Shown here: in pieces, positions 44,895-58,175 of the stretch
Layout of the letters: the number at the start of each line of letters is the position of its first letter
Position numbering within the stretch: the first letter of the stretch is position 1
Source of the DNA: Octopus vulgaris
Lineage: Eukaryota
Assembly: GCA_951406725.2 (NCBI GenBank)
Contig: OX597823.1
Span: forward strand, 117,428,001-117,492,000
Reading direction: 5' to 3'
DNA length: 64,000 nucleotides
Notes under the pieces: model-generated
Databases searched by the model: none
What the model was told of the DNA's origin: nothing
Seen by the model: the letters and a program-made list of their open reading frames with translations, nothing else
Program-made: the position numbers and the translations under genes

Positions 44895-45307
44895 TTTACT
44901 CTTTTTACTTTTTTCAGTCATTTAACTGTGGCCATGCTGGATCACCGCCTTTAGTCGAGCAAATTGACCTCAGGACTTATTCTTCGTAAGCCTAGTACTT
45001 ATTCTATCGGTCTCTTTTGCCGAGCCGCTAAGTTATGGGGACGTAAACACACCAGCATCGTATGTCAAGCGATGTTGGGGGGGGGGGGGACAAACACAGA
45101 CACACAAACACACATATACATATATATATATATATACATATATACGATGGGCTTCTTTCAGTTTCCGTCTACCAAATCCACTCACAAGGCTTTGGTTGGC
45201 CTAAGGCTATAGTAGAAGACACTTGCCCAAGGTGTCACGCAGTGGGACTAAACCCGGAACCATGTGGTTGGTAAGCAAGCTACTTACCACACAGCTACTC
45301 CTACGCC
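44895..45307 (-). mobile_element. SINE family A
   Basis: Full-length family match. Confidence 0.9.
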
Positions 45308-45959
45308 TTATTTAAAATTAAGAGATACTTTATTATGTACTTTATTATTATGTACTTTATTATTATGTACTTTATTATGTACTTTATTATGTACTTTATT
45401 ATGTACTTGCAGTGAACTTGCAAACCTGCCAGCATCAGACAAAATACCTTGCAATATTTGTTCAGAGTTTAAATCACACCAGAGTCAGCTCTGTTTTTAT
45501 CTTTCCAGAATCCATGAAATAATTAATGTACAAACCAAAAGCAATCAGGCTTAGCTTTCTTTCACAATAGTTTCCATATTTTTGCCATTATGCAGGGTCA
45601 AAAACAAAATGTCCCAGTCTGTCCCCACGACATCATGGCAACTGAAAACAGGATCAACGATGTGGAGCATGTTGCAAACACGATAGTAAAAGACTGTTAG
45701 GTTAGTTGGGAAATATACTTAATTCAACATACAACTATTCACCTGGTTGTTGACAATAGATAGCACACTCTCTCATCGTATCCAAAGTCAGATCTATCTC
45801 ATCATACACTAAACACAAACTACTAATAATCTCAGGCCCTTAAAAACTATTCTTTGGGTGTATGAAATTTTTTTCTTCTTTTTTTTCCCATTTTTTTTTT
45901 AGTTATGGACCCAGAGAAGTGTCAGTAATGAAATATGAATTAAACATTTTTATCTGTTA

Positions 45960-46190
45960 AACCAATATTATCAACTTAGACATCTATGACTCAACGGTAT
46001 CAGGAATCAGTATTAATTAGAGCTGATATACTGACAGGGCTTTTAAATTACAAATCCTTTGTGAATCTAGGGAGCTGCAAAAGGGATAGCTCACCATCTT
46101 AATCATATCCATATAATATTGCATACTATTTATAATTTCTGTTTCCATCAACCACTGTGAGTCTTCAACAGTATTCCAAGATACAATTAC
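45960..46190 (-). pseudogene. Dynein heavy chain-like pseudo-exon, linker before AAA1
   Basis: NTVEDSQWLMETEIINSM (cf. GNVEDWLNELEEEM) and SQRICNLKALSVYQL..DTVES (cf. LQRKKLEALITIDVHQRDIVDS). Confidence 0.55.
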
Positions 46191-48018
46191 AGTGTTAACA
46201 AAAACAACAAAATCCAATAATGACCCCCACCACCATTACCACCATCAATTTTTTAGCAAATATAAATCAAAAATGGAAAGATAAAAACCCATACAAAATT
46301 CAAAGAGTTTGTAAATGGCAACATTGTTAATATCAAATCTAATTTGTTATAAAACATAGTATTTCAACAAGAAGTGGCAGGGCACCTCATTAACAATTCA
46401 GTAACCAATCAAATGTTACAGTCACTTTTTCTTTCATTTTTAACCTCTTTCATTTTTATTGAGATGTTTTTCTCTCACATGATTGATTTTTCTGAGTATG
46501 AGATCTCTGGGAATGAGTTTGACTTCACTCTACTCTACCATTTCATCTCAAACACTGTCTACATGAAAGAGAATATTTTTATACTAATAAATAACCAACT
46601 CTGTGTGTGTGTGTGTGTGTGTGCATGCGTATGCACATGTGTGCGAGTGTGCGGGCACATGTGTATTTATTAGTATATGTGTATATACAAATACACACAA
46701 CATTAGGTGCTATAATAATTAGTGCTGAATAGATAACTTATGTTATAAAATAAATATCCTATGTTTAAATAACAATGTACTTTGTTTACAAACGATGGAG
46801 GAAAATGTATGACTAGACATAATGTACAGGTGTATATTATCATCATTTAACATCTATTTTCCATAGGGTAGCTGGTTCAACAGGAGCTGGCAAGCCAGAG
46901 GATTGCACCAAGCTCCAGTGTCAGCTTTGGCAAGATCTCTATGGTTGGATGCTCTTCCTAATGCCAACCATTTTACAGAGTACAGTGGGTACATTTTACT
47001 TGGCACCAGCACTAGTGAAGTGATCTAGTTACATGCAAGCCCCTATCAAATGAGGAGGTGCAATATTGAAGGAGGTGGCTTTGTGCCAGGTGATGAAATG
47101 TAAAGTACGATAAAGAGACAGGAACAGGTGTCATGCTGTGAGAAACATGGTTATTCCAATTAGAAAAGAAAGATGATGGTGAAGACGTGTCAGAATGAGC
47201 CGTCAAGTTACAGGATGGTGAATATAAGAGACTCGGTACAGATTGGATAATGTAAGTGGGTAGGGAAGTAAGTTTTCAAGAGTGTGGAAGGAGATTGGCA
47301 GATGGATAAAGATGGAGAGAGACATCTTTGGTCGATCTGAGACTATATGTCAAAGATACTAGGCCAAGATGGTGCACACTGGAACTGATCCTGCAACTAC
47401 AGAGTTGGAACTAAACTTTCTAAAAACATATCCATGTCTGCACATACACACACACACACACATAGAAATATAGAAATATATATACATATATATACATAAT
47501 TTTTCCAAGCTTGCATGGGTCGGGCGTTGTTTATCAAGGCAGATTTTCGATGGCTGGATGCCCTTCCTATCACCAACCCTTACCTGTTTCCAATATATTC
47601 TTAAATACTTCAAGGTAAGAATATATTTTTGCAGAATATGGCATTGAATCACATTCGTTTCCAACAATCACATGATGCACGATGTCTCGAGACACAAATA
47701 TACACATACTCTCTCTCTCACACACCCATATATCTCATCATAATCATCGTTTAATGTTTGCTTTCCATGCTAGCATGGGTTGGACGATTTGACTGAGGCC
47801 TGGTGAACCAGATGGCTGCACCAGACTCCAATCTGGTCTGGCAGAGTTTCTACAGCTGGATGCCCTTCCTAATACCACCAATCACTCAGAGAGTGTAGTG
47901 GGTGCTTTTACGTGCCACCGGAACGAGGGCCAGTCAGGTGGTACTGGCAACAGCCACACTCAAATGGTGGTTTTATGTGCCACCTGCACAGAAGCATATC
48001 TATATATGTATATTTATA

Positions 48019-48070
<52 letters not shown>

Positions 48071-48412
48071 TACACATACACACACACACAACTGGCTTCT
48101 CTCAGTTTCCATCTACCAAATTTACTCATAATGGTTTAGTCAACCCAGGGTGAGAGTAGAAGGCAGTTGTATAAGGTGTCATATGGTGGGACTGACCCCA
48201 AAACCATGAAGTTGGGAACCAAACATCTTAACTATACACGCATGCCTGCACCTTTAAATATTGTGCATGTAAATACATGCATAGGTATATGTACATAGTG
48301 TGTATGGGTATGGAAATAAGTTGGTAAATGCCAAAAGCATTTCTAAATGTGTGTATGACAGAAGCAGTATTTAATATCAAAAGGAAATATTTATCCCCAC
48401 TGTAAAGTAAAT

Positions 48413-48778
48413 ATTCTGTTAAAACACGGAATACTACAGCAGTTACCATAAGAGGGATTCTCATATTGGCTTTCAGTGTGTAACTATATTCATGTTTATA
48501 TTGCTTGTAGGGAGATAAAATATCCACCACCACCACCACCACTGAGACCACAAGATCATGTGATTTTGGCTTTGCATGGATACACCAGCATCTGAGCATT
48601 CACCATTGACAAGGCCACGGAAGGGCAAAATCATGTGATCTGGTGGTCTCAGTGCTGCCGGTGGCAGATGATTTATCTCCCCACTAGCAATATAAGGAAG
48701 AATGTGTTTACACAGTGGAAACCAATATGAGAGTTTCTCTCATGGTAACTACTGCAGAGTTCTGTGTTTCAACAGAAC
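48413..48778. repeat. Diverged inverted repeat, about 160-bp arms
   Basis: 48413-48572 pairs with 48622-48778. Confidence 0.8.
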
Positions 48779-48987
48779 AACCACTTTTAAGTGAAGCCAA
48801 AAGTTATGAGAATACAGAAATGTTCAAATACATCCATAATTATGATAATTAATTTGGTAAATTAATCTAATGGAATTTGTATGAAGTTTTCTGTGATCAG
48901 CACTTGAAATGCCTTTCAGCACTCAAAAACCATTCAAGATCTCATGCTTGGAAAGATCAGTTGTGGGTACAAGAAGAAACCAAGCTC

Positions 48988-49204
48988 TGTTTCTTACTAG
49001 TCTCAACAGAGTCCACGTGGTGGTGTTTTGCGGGTGGGGGGAGCATAATAGCTGTCTTGTGTATTGACTAGAATCATTGGCTGTAATTGTGAAAGAGTCA
49101 CTTTCACGATTACAGCCAATGATTCTAGTCAACAAGACAGCCATTATGCTCCCCCCACCCACAAAATACCACCACATGGACTCTGTTGAGACTAGTAAGA
49201 AACA
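48988..49204. repeat. Near-perfect palindrome, about 105-bp arms, 5-nt loop
   Basis: gtgaaag-agtca-ctttcac centre at 49096-49100. Confidence 0.95.
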
Positions 49205-49241
49205 ATTATGAACTTTTTTATTACACTTAACTTTTAAAAAT

Positions 49242-49589
49242 ATTTTTGATAAGGTTCGTTTTTTCAAGAAGAACTGAAACATGTAAAATCTCTAAGAAAA
49301 TTATAATTTATCTTATATAGTGGCGTTTTCAAAATTCTTTTTTATAAATATATATCCACTCGTGTGCCACCTACACTTTTTATAAATATTTATAAATATT
49401 AATGAACTTTTTAATTTTTTAATATTTTCCCAAGAGTTTTCCTTGTAAACTGTTTTTAACATTTTCTTATTATTATCAAAGAATGTATATATGTATTGTA
49501 ATATTTTGTGACAACCAGCACCTAACACAACAAATCTTTTACATTTTACTTTTGACAATCTTTTCCTAAAAAAGTGAAACTGGTCAAGT
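49242..49589 (+). ncRNA. Two tandem degenerate hammerhead motifs, 306 bp apart
   Basis: attt TTGATAA ggttc..gaact GAAA catg TA aaat (49242-49289) and actt TTGACAA tctttt..aaaagt GAAA ctgg TC aagt (49548-49589); followed by (TA)n. Confidence 0.5.
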
Positions 49590-50754
49590 GAATAAACATC
49601 TTTTAAAATTGCATTTTCAAACCTTCTTTCATATATATATATATAAATATATATATATATTGGCACGTTCGTGCTGGTGGCACATAAAATGCACCAATCC
49701 GATCGTGGCCATTACCAGCCTCGCCTAGCACCTGTGCAGGTGGCACGTAAAAAGCACCCACTACACTCACGGAGTGGTTGGCGTTAGGAAGGGCATCCAG
49801 TTGTAGAAACATTGCCAAATCAGACTGGAGCCTGGTGCAGCCTTCTGGCTTCCCAGATCCCCGGTCGAACCATCCAACCCATGCTAGCATGGAGAACGGA
49901 CGTTAAACAATGATGATGATATATATACAAGACAAGCTTCACAAGGCTTTGGTCAACACAGGAGTATAGTAGAAGACACTTGCTCAAGGTATCATATAGT
50001 GGGACTGAATCCAAAACCACATGGTTGAGAAGCAAACCTCTTACTGCATAACTACAGTTGTGTCTATCCACAGCCAAGCCTGTGTCTATATATGCACATG
50101 AGCTTGTCTGTGTGATACGCATACTGTTGAGTGTGTATGTGTGTGTTTATGTGTTTTAGAATTTCATATTTTGTTCTTTGGAATTTTACCCCAAACTGTT
50201 CTGAAACTCAGTAGTATTTAAATGACCTTTCTGGTCATGATATCTCAATATTCATTATATTCAATGACTTCAGCAGCAAGATAAACTAATAATTGATTCA
50301 ATGCTAGCATTAAGATATTTTCATGTAACTGATGTTAATATAATTTTATGTCCTAAGGGCAGTGGATTGACAGAGAGATGTTCCAACAACAGTCAAAATG
50401 CCTGGTGGTTTTTACTGACATCCTTTTACATTCTGATTTTATATCTTACCAGGGGGTAAAATTATCTTTCATTCTTCTGGGGTCATTGTGAAAAAATAAT
50501 TATCTTTAAGAATTGGGTGGGGGCAATATGAATTCAACCAGCCATACCACGTACTTGTCCCCACGGAAACTATGTGACCTTGAGCCAATGTTAGAAATTA
50601 ATATTATCTCAATTCTAAACATGTTTGCAAAAAGATTTCTATACACAAATGATAATGATCGTGATGGGGGGGGGGGGGGCAGTAGTGGTGGGGGAGGCAG
50701 TGGTGGTAGTGGTGGTGGTGGTGGTGGTATGGTGGTGGTGGCAGCAATAATGTG

Positions 50755-51200
50755 AACAATAACTCTCTCCATAACTTTCATGACCTGGTCCAGCAATTTG
50801 ATACCTCTCTAAGTACTTCTAAAACATTTCCTTTATCCATGTAACAGCTGACTATATAATGCTACTACATCAGTCATTGGGTATGACACCTTCCTCTTTA
50901 ACCTGATTAACAATATGGGGGACTAGGCCATATCTTACTCTGCCAGATATTTGAAGCATCTCTGCAGTAATTCCTTAATTTCCTGTCTTCATATCTTTTA
51001 TTGTCTTATCTTAGCTAGAATAACTGACCCATCTGCTGTGTCAACATTGGGGAGTCTTTCTCCTGTGCATTTTCCATATTTAATAGCCTTTCATAGCAGC
51101 GATTCTCTGTCTCTTTCTTTTCAAAACCACTCAGTGCAAGCATACCATTATCCAGCTGTACACACTCGTCAAACACATTTTTGTACCTGCAATAATATGT
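50755..51200 (-). mobile_element. RTE-clade LINE RT remnant
   Basis: RGIKLLDQVMKVMERVI motif. Confidence 0.75.
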
Positions 51201-51264
51201 ATCTCAGTGTTTTTTGCTAAGTTTTTCATTTACTATTGAGAATACATTATTAATATTATTATTA

Positions 51265-51928
51265 TTGAGTGAGGGAGCAGTGCATACCATCAAAGTAACA
51301 CTGGGGTAAAATATACGAAGCCCAGCATACCCATCATGACTACCCATCTGATAAGGGTACACTAGGCACATGCATCACAACCATATGTGCATGACATGGT
51401 GATCTCATATCAAGATAAACAGTGCATGACCTTGCAGGTGACGCCCAGTTAGAATTTTCTTCTAGTCGAGTAGCCCATCCCGCTCAAAAGGTCCCTGAAT
51501 AAGGGTTGTTTAAGGATGTTGAATGAAACACCCATGTTTCCTGAGGTGAATTATTCAAACCCCAAAGAATCCCACTCAACACATGACTATGATGCTCCCC
51601 CACTACTTCTGCTCGTGATCAGAGATGCACATATCATCAGCCACTAAGGGACATGCTCAACTGGTTAAGGTCAAACAACAGACAAGCAAATCTGTGGTAT
51701 TGAGCAGAATATTTGCTGTAGTCCATCTTTTATACCAAAATAAAACAATGTACATGATAACACTTTCAATCAGTTAAGATCAGAAGCCATGAGAGCCACT
51801 GCCTGGTACTGCATCAGGGCATTTATTATTACAGCAAAATTCTGCTCATACCACTTCTGATCTTAACTGATTGGAAGTGTTATCATATACATTGTTTTGT
51901 CTTGGTATAAAAGATGGGCTACAGCAAA

Positions 51929-51935
<7 letters not shown>
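51265..51935. mobile_element. Interspersed element within (TAT)n with an adjacent inverted, permuted partial copy
   Basis: (TTA)n flanks; 51831-51854 is the reverse complement of 51694-51719 and 51855-51932 is the reverse complement of 51707-51786. Confidence 0.6.
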
Positions 51936-51959
<24 letters not shown>

Positions 51960-52984
51960 GGGGCAGACAGAAACAGGAGAAATGGTACGGAGCTAGCTGA
52001 ATGTCATATAGTATTTCATTTGATTCATGCACATTCTCACTGGCAGAGATGGCTTTATGATTCAGTCCAATGAAGTCACTAAATTATATTTCATATTCAT
52101 AAGTCAATCCAGCATCTAGCCAACAGAAAGCATTATCATTTGTTCTTGTGTAGTTAATAAAACAGGACTAATCAGGACCTGGGTATCAATTGTAATCAAC
52201 TATACTCTTCCGCAAAACCTAAGATTGTGGTCCTGTTTTAAAAATCATTATTAGAGAAACATGATAGGAAAATAAATTCTGTACTGTTTACCTTAACAAA
52301 CCAAATATTAAAGTAAAATTGGGCCTACACCCCATTGTGGTTCAGTAGAGCAAATTAACTTTAATTTGCAAACCTAATCAAATTTTGAAATCATCAGACT
52401 GCATACTATTAGCAATGGAACAAAAACTGAAAAATTGAATTACAAACCTTTCCCACCCACACTAAATATATAAACAAAATATACAATAAAATAAATCAAT
52501 AACCATTACAAACAACCATATAAATGTATAAACAAAAAAATTCATGAGAAATGATGAATAAAATTTGATAGCAACATTCTACTTCAATCAGAGATCGTAC
52601 AGAACTTTCAACAACAATAAAATTTGTCTGAAAATTTTAAACCAAATTATTAAGAATTTATTTATTTTAGTCAACTCAAATAAAAAGTTTCAAAAATCCA
52701 ATTTAAAGAAAATGAAAAAAAAAAAAAAAGAAATGGAATACCCTGAAGATCTTAAGTAGAAACTAAAAGTGAAATACTAAGTGGAAAAAGAAATATATTT
52801 TTCTCTGCTAAGAATAAAAGTATTTCCAAATATCCACTTGAAATATGGAGAACTGTAAAATTGTCTCATTCTATCAAAACTCTTTGAGATTTGTTAGGAA
52901 AAAGAAAAACAATAAAAGAATTAAAGTAAGAATATAAATTTGTATAAAGTAAAATAAAAATAAAAAATAAAAGCAGAATGATGG

Positions 52985-53265
52985 GAATGAGTCCAGTATC
53001 ATGCTAAACTTAAAATGATGCCAATTCTTTTTGTTCTCTTGCTATAATAATTTCTAGAATCTTCATGCCTCTCGAAGCAAATTTAAATTCACTGCTAACT
53101 AAAAACCATGCCACATCATACTGGACTTATATAAGATGACACTTGAAGCTTAAAAACAAATAGATGTTAGCCAGAAATTTTGCATCAGACTTCTTGGATA
53201 ATCTTGGTTTACAATCAAGAGAATATTCACAAAGATTTTTTTTTTGACAAATCAGCCCTTGATTC
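52985..53265 (-). pseudogene. Dynein heavy chain-like pseudo-exon, linker (DHC_N2 end)
   Basis: LICQKKNLCEYSLDCKPRLSKKSDAKFL (cf. [28 protein letters not shown]) and FKCHLI*VQYDVAWF (cf. VQKHLSKCFDNIASL). Confidence 0.55.
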
Positions 53266-53493
53266 GGAGTAGTAGTGTGTGTATGAATGTGTGCATGAAA
53301 GAGTAGTGTGTGTATGAATGTACGTGCATGAATGTATATATGTATGTGCATGCTCATTTTCAAGTGGCTTTTAAGAATATTCATTTAAGGTATGTCCATA
53401 CATATATGTTGGTGTGTTTGCAGACATTAATTCAAACATATGTAAGTGTATGTGTGTGTCATGTGTAATTATCCACATACAACTCAAGTACAT

Positions 53494-53540
<47 letters not shown>

Positions 53541-54224
53541 CACGCGCTCACACACAGTAAGAATAAATGAATGTATTTATGTATGTATAAAACTCAACAT
53601 TTCTCTGAAATGGCAATGAAGCCATTATCTCTCACAGCTCCAGGAAGACCTGAAGCAAAATGAATTAGGATGTTCCTCAGTTGTGTTAATTGATGAGGAA
53701 GAGACAGAAGAGGAATGGAAATACAAGAACAAGAACCTGCTAATGTGGTGACAGCGGCAGCAGTGGTGATGGTGGAAGTGGTGGAGCAGTGGTGGCGACG
53801 GTGGAAGTGGTGCCAGTGGTCGCAGTGGTGGTGGTGGTGGTGGTGGTGGTGGCGGCGGCGGCGGCGGTAATTACTAGCAACTGAAAACCTTAACACAGCT
53901 TTTATATTTTAATATTTTTGGAGAATTGGGTGTTGGTGGTAGTGGTACCAGTGTCACCAATGGTGTTGGTTGTGGTTGGCTGGATTCTCAGGCTTATGAC
54001 ACAGATGGCATGGGCAGATTAGGGACTTGTTTCTCCCAAATGTAGCATGCCACATTAAAGCAGGTTACTGGCTAGTAACTTGTAGCTTTGCACATGCATC
54101 AGAGTTTATACATGTATATGCATCTCTGAAAATCATGATGTGTTCATTAGATTATATATATATATATATATATAATTATATCAATTGTTTACATGTATTT
54201 ACACTTGTATGGATATGTGCATGT

Positions 54225-54650
54225 GTCGTTGGCATCCTTTTGTCTCGGGAGACAATGGAGTTGCGCATAAACTAATCCAGTCTGGTTTTTACATTTCATG
54301 TTCTCTCCAGTTTCCTCTTCAGTTTTGCGCAGGCCTGGGCTGGATGTAAGAAAATCTTGGATAGCCCAATCGTCAGGTTTTCTCTCTCGACCTTGCTGAC
54401 ATAGTCCAAAGGAATGCAGAGCATTACGTTTGGCACCAGCTTGGTTGTAGGAGCTGCCGGAAGAGTGTCGAGTCGAACACTAAACTGCCTACGGGACTCC
54501 ACTCCAGATTTCTTTGAAGGTTGTCTCCTTTCGGTAACCCTGGATAGGGGCCCATACCAGGTACTGTCAGCCAGAGCCAGCTGAGCCCGGGACTCATGTC
54601 AGGCAGATTCGCCACTCCCTGAAGTAGTGAAGAAAATCACTACCCACTAC
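54225..54650 (-). mobile_element. RTE-related short element
   Basis: GC-richer block with RTE-type 3' end (reverse complement gcgcaactccattgtctcccgagacaaaggatgccaacgac). Confidence 0.55.
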
Positions 54651-54971
54651 CTAGATGTGTGTGTGTATACACACACAAATACATGTGTTTGATACACACA
54701 CATGAAGGTATATATGCCTACAACTCTATACACCAATAGATGAGGCATCAAGCGTGTATAGATGCATAAGGGTATATATATACATATACATATATATATA
54801 TATACACCCTTGTATATATATATCAACAGTGTCTTATATTTATGTGCAAGTCATAAGTATGTGTTTTTGTATAAACCTATACATACGTGTGTGTGCATTT
54901 ATCTGACTATGGATGATTAAATTACACCAGTTATGATAGTCCATTGTTAGGCCATTCAAAACACATTAGTA

Positions 54972-55020
<49 letters not shown>

Positions 55021-55023
<3 letters not shown>

Positions 55024-55295
55024 ATTTAAAAATAGGATAAAATCTTTATAAGAATTTATTAAGTAGTTAGCGTGAAAAACCTCATAAGAGAAAAAAATCC
55101 ACCAATTTTCTCACTTAAATATATTTATCTATATTATATAGAGGACATTACTATACATAAATGCCACACACTAAGAGGGACTCTTAAAGTCAAAACTACC
55201 AAAATAAATAAACACATCATACTGAATGCAACTCTTGAAGCAAGTCATTTAAAAACAGAATTTAGATGCGTATCACCGTGATTTCATAATTAGTG
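55021..55295 (-). mobile_element. Penelope-like terminus with shared terminal hairpin and 3' half of a hammerhead
   Basis: Abuts (TA)n; hairpin 55036-55060; reverse complement GAAA tcacggtga TA at about 55271-55285. Confidence 0.5.
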
Positions 55296-56282
55296 CAGTA
55301 ATATATATATATATATATGTACTAGCTTTTCCGCAATTGACTCTGAATGGGAAGATCTGCAAATAGATTTCTGACTAGTTTTGGGGAATGTGTTGCTATT
55401 GCTTCCTCCAAAGTCATATCCCAATGAGGATCCTATTCGTTGCAAAAACTCATATAAAAAGAAAATCACCAGAAACAATACCAAACTTTACAAATAAGTA
55501 TTGGGTTGATCTGTTTGACTTAAACCTTCAGGATGGTGTTGCAGCAAGACCACAGTCCAATGACCAAAACAAGATAGAAAAAATTCTACCATCAACCACT
55601 CTAATAAAAGAACAACAGAACCATTTCTAAAATATGAATCATATACATTAGTGTGCTTTGGCACGATAGCCTTACCAATTCCAGCTCTGAACTTGAAACA
55701 ATATCTGTAACAATGGTAACCATACCTTTAATAAATGAAGATTATTTCTCATCATTATAGCAATAACAACAAAAAATTATTATATCTTTAACAATAACAA
55801 CAACACTTTTTAAAGTCAGCAATAATCAAAAATGTTAGCCATTAGAGACCTCTTTAATTGCCATGATAGTTATTTCAATTAATGGTGTCACAGTATTATT
55901 TCTTAATATATGAAGAAATGAATCTAATTACTTAACAATTGTTTAAAATGAATTAAATTATAGTCATGAGATATAGACCAGTTTAGATTCACTTTCAGGT
56001 GACTGAGAAAGGTTAGGAAATTCTTCGAATTGTGTGATTTAAAAATGAAAATCATTTAAGTATTTTAATCACAAGATTGATGTTGCTGGATACTGAAGGT
56101 CATAGAATATCTCTACCTGGTGGTGGCTGCCTGGCTGTAGTAACTATTACAAAAGTGGAATTTACCAGCCATCCTTTATAAACTATAATCAGATCTAAAG
56201 TCAGACTGTTAGACTAGAATTTGAAGGCACATAGAGGTTCCTTGATTAGCTTCAATGATCATTCTTAAACTTTTGTAGTCAG

Positions 56283-56600
56283 AGACTCCCTTCGGTCATG
56301 AATGACCATGGGATTGCACCTAGAAAGTTACTCTCCAACGCACAAGTCTGGGCAAGGTTGTTTATGGAAGACCAGCAGTAGCCCATGCATACTGGCCTCC
56401 CCTCTCCACGCCACCGACGTTATCCAAGGGAAAGGCCGATACAGCTTGGCACCAGTGACGTCACAACTCATTTCTGCAGCTGAGTGAACTGGAGAAATAA
56501 AGTGTCTTGCCCAAGGACACAATGTGTTTGCTGGGAATTGAACTCACAACTTTATGATTGTAAGCCAAATGCCCTAACCTCTAAGCCATGCACCTTCACC
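56283..56600 (-). mobile_element. tRNA-derived SINE with RTE-like tail
   Basis: Reverse-complement head gtgaaggtgcatggcttagaggttag..gagttcaattcc..tccttgggcaagacac. Confidence 0.8.
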
Positions 56601-57217
56601 GAGTCGTTGTAAGTATAGTGTTATTTGGTTTAATGTAGTAGCATGTGTTGTAATATGTTGTATGGTAGGTCAAACACTGCTACCATCACCATCTCACTAT
56701 TAGGCCTTAACTCAATGTTTCCTCACAGTTCCCCTCCCTCTCAAATATTACCCTCCCCATTTAGTTGAAGAGGATTTTTACTTTTCCCCCTTTTTCCTTC
56801 TTCCTGTTCTATTCTTGTAAGTTACTTGGTGAGATCACTAGTGTGAGCGACAAAAAAAAAACATAGAACCACATGCTAAAGTGGTTGGCATGAGGAAGGG
56901 CATCTGACCATAGAAACTATGCCAAAACTCACAATGGAGTTCAACACATCCCTGCAACTTGCTGGCTCCTATCAAACTGTCCAACCTATTCCAGCATGGA
57001 AAATGGACATTAAATGAAGATAATGCCATTGAGCTAGAGGTGTTCAGGACATGACATCAGCCATTTGAATGTCACCAGTCTGGTTGGAATGCACATTTCA
57101 TAAGCAGAAAATATTGACAAACTTATTAAGATAATTTTCAGAGGATGATGACAAAAAACACATTAACTTATACATAACATTGGTAATAATATTTTGAAAT
57201 GATACGATGAACCGGTA

Positions 57218-57250
<33 letters not shown>

Positions 57251-57251
57251 G

Positions 57252-57500
57252 ATAAATGAAGGAAAATGCATGCACTTTACATAGTTTTGATATGTTTTTT
57301 TAATATATTTTATATTGTGTTTGTCAACTGGTTTCACTCTTGCTAATCATGGCATTGAAATTATTGTAATTTCATATAAAATTACAATAATTTCAATGCC
57401 ATGATTAGCAAGAGTGAAACCAGTCGACAAATACAATATAAAATACATTAAAAAATATATAAAGACTATGTAAAGTGTGTGTACTTTCCTTTTATTTTAT
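57252..57500. repeat. Palindrome of about 120-bp arms, each with the 3' half of a hammerhead
   Basis: Loop 57373-57378; inner 46 bp perfect; GAAA ccag TC at 57416-57425; TA-rich ends. Confidence 0.9.
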
Positions 57501-57829
57501 ATATATTCTTTGCATTACCACCCACCACGTGGAGATAATCGAAATTCCTCCCTTTGAGTTACTATATATATATATATAAACTGTAGTACTTCAGGTAACA
57601 ACTTATAAACACACACAGAGTCCACTTTGGCATTGTGGTGGTGGAAATGACAGAAAGCAGGTACTTCTATCATATTCAGCTGAGGATTTAAACTTGACAC
57701 TTAATAACAATCTTCCCACTCCTGATGTAATTAATTATACTTGTCCATATTGTTGACTTGTAGCTAAATAGATGGAGCAAAAAGAAAGAGTCTTGCTCAT
57801 AGAAAGAGTGCATCACAGACTATGAGATA

Positions 57830-58175
57830 TGAGACACCTATCCTCTGGGTTATTATCCAACTCAAATTATCTCAACTCTCCAAAATTTCCTTCATGTTAC
57901 AAAATTTATACATTGTTTTCTCTTCCATGAAATTTTTCTTTTATCAAATAATTTAATAAATTCCTATTAAAAATGCCCATACAAGATTGCATTTTCCCTT
58001 GAATTCATTTGGTGTCATTAAAATTTCTCTGCTTGCTACTCTGAACCATCAAAGTGCGCTATAAATAGAATTCTGAATAGGTTTGCTCAAAGGCGAGCAA
58101 ACATATCACCAAATTCGTTTAAGAAATTTTTCGCTTAATGAATTCTTTCAAGAAACCGATTAAACTCACCAAAGG
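57830..58175 (-). pseudogene. Possible pseudo-exon, dynein tail region
   Basis: FGEFNRFLERIH*AKNFLNEFGDMFARL helical pattern similar to axonemal dynein/DNHD1 tails; weak. Confidence 0.3.

Noticed and set aside
45325-45407. LLCT-repeat peptide
   Set aside because: Simple 12/15-bp minisatellite downstream of a SINE
51765-51822. HDV-like ribozyme at the minus-strand start of the (TAA)n element
   Set aside because: P3/L3-like ggc-tctcatg-gct is present but P1 is mismatched and P1.1 and P4 are missing
52743-52776. Hammerhead-like CTGAAGA..GAAA
   Set aside because: No stem I, negligible stem II, GUG site
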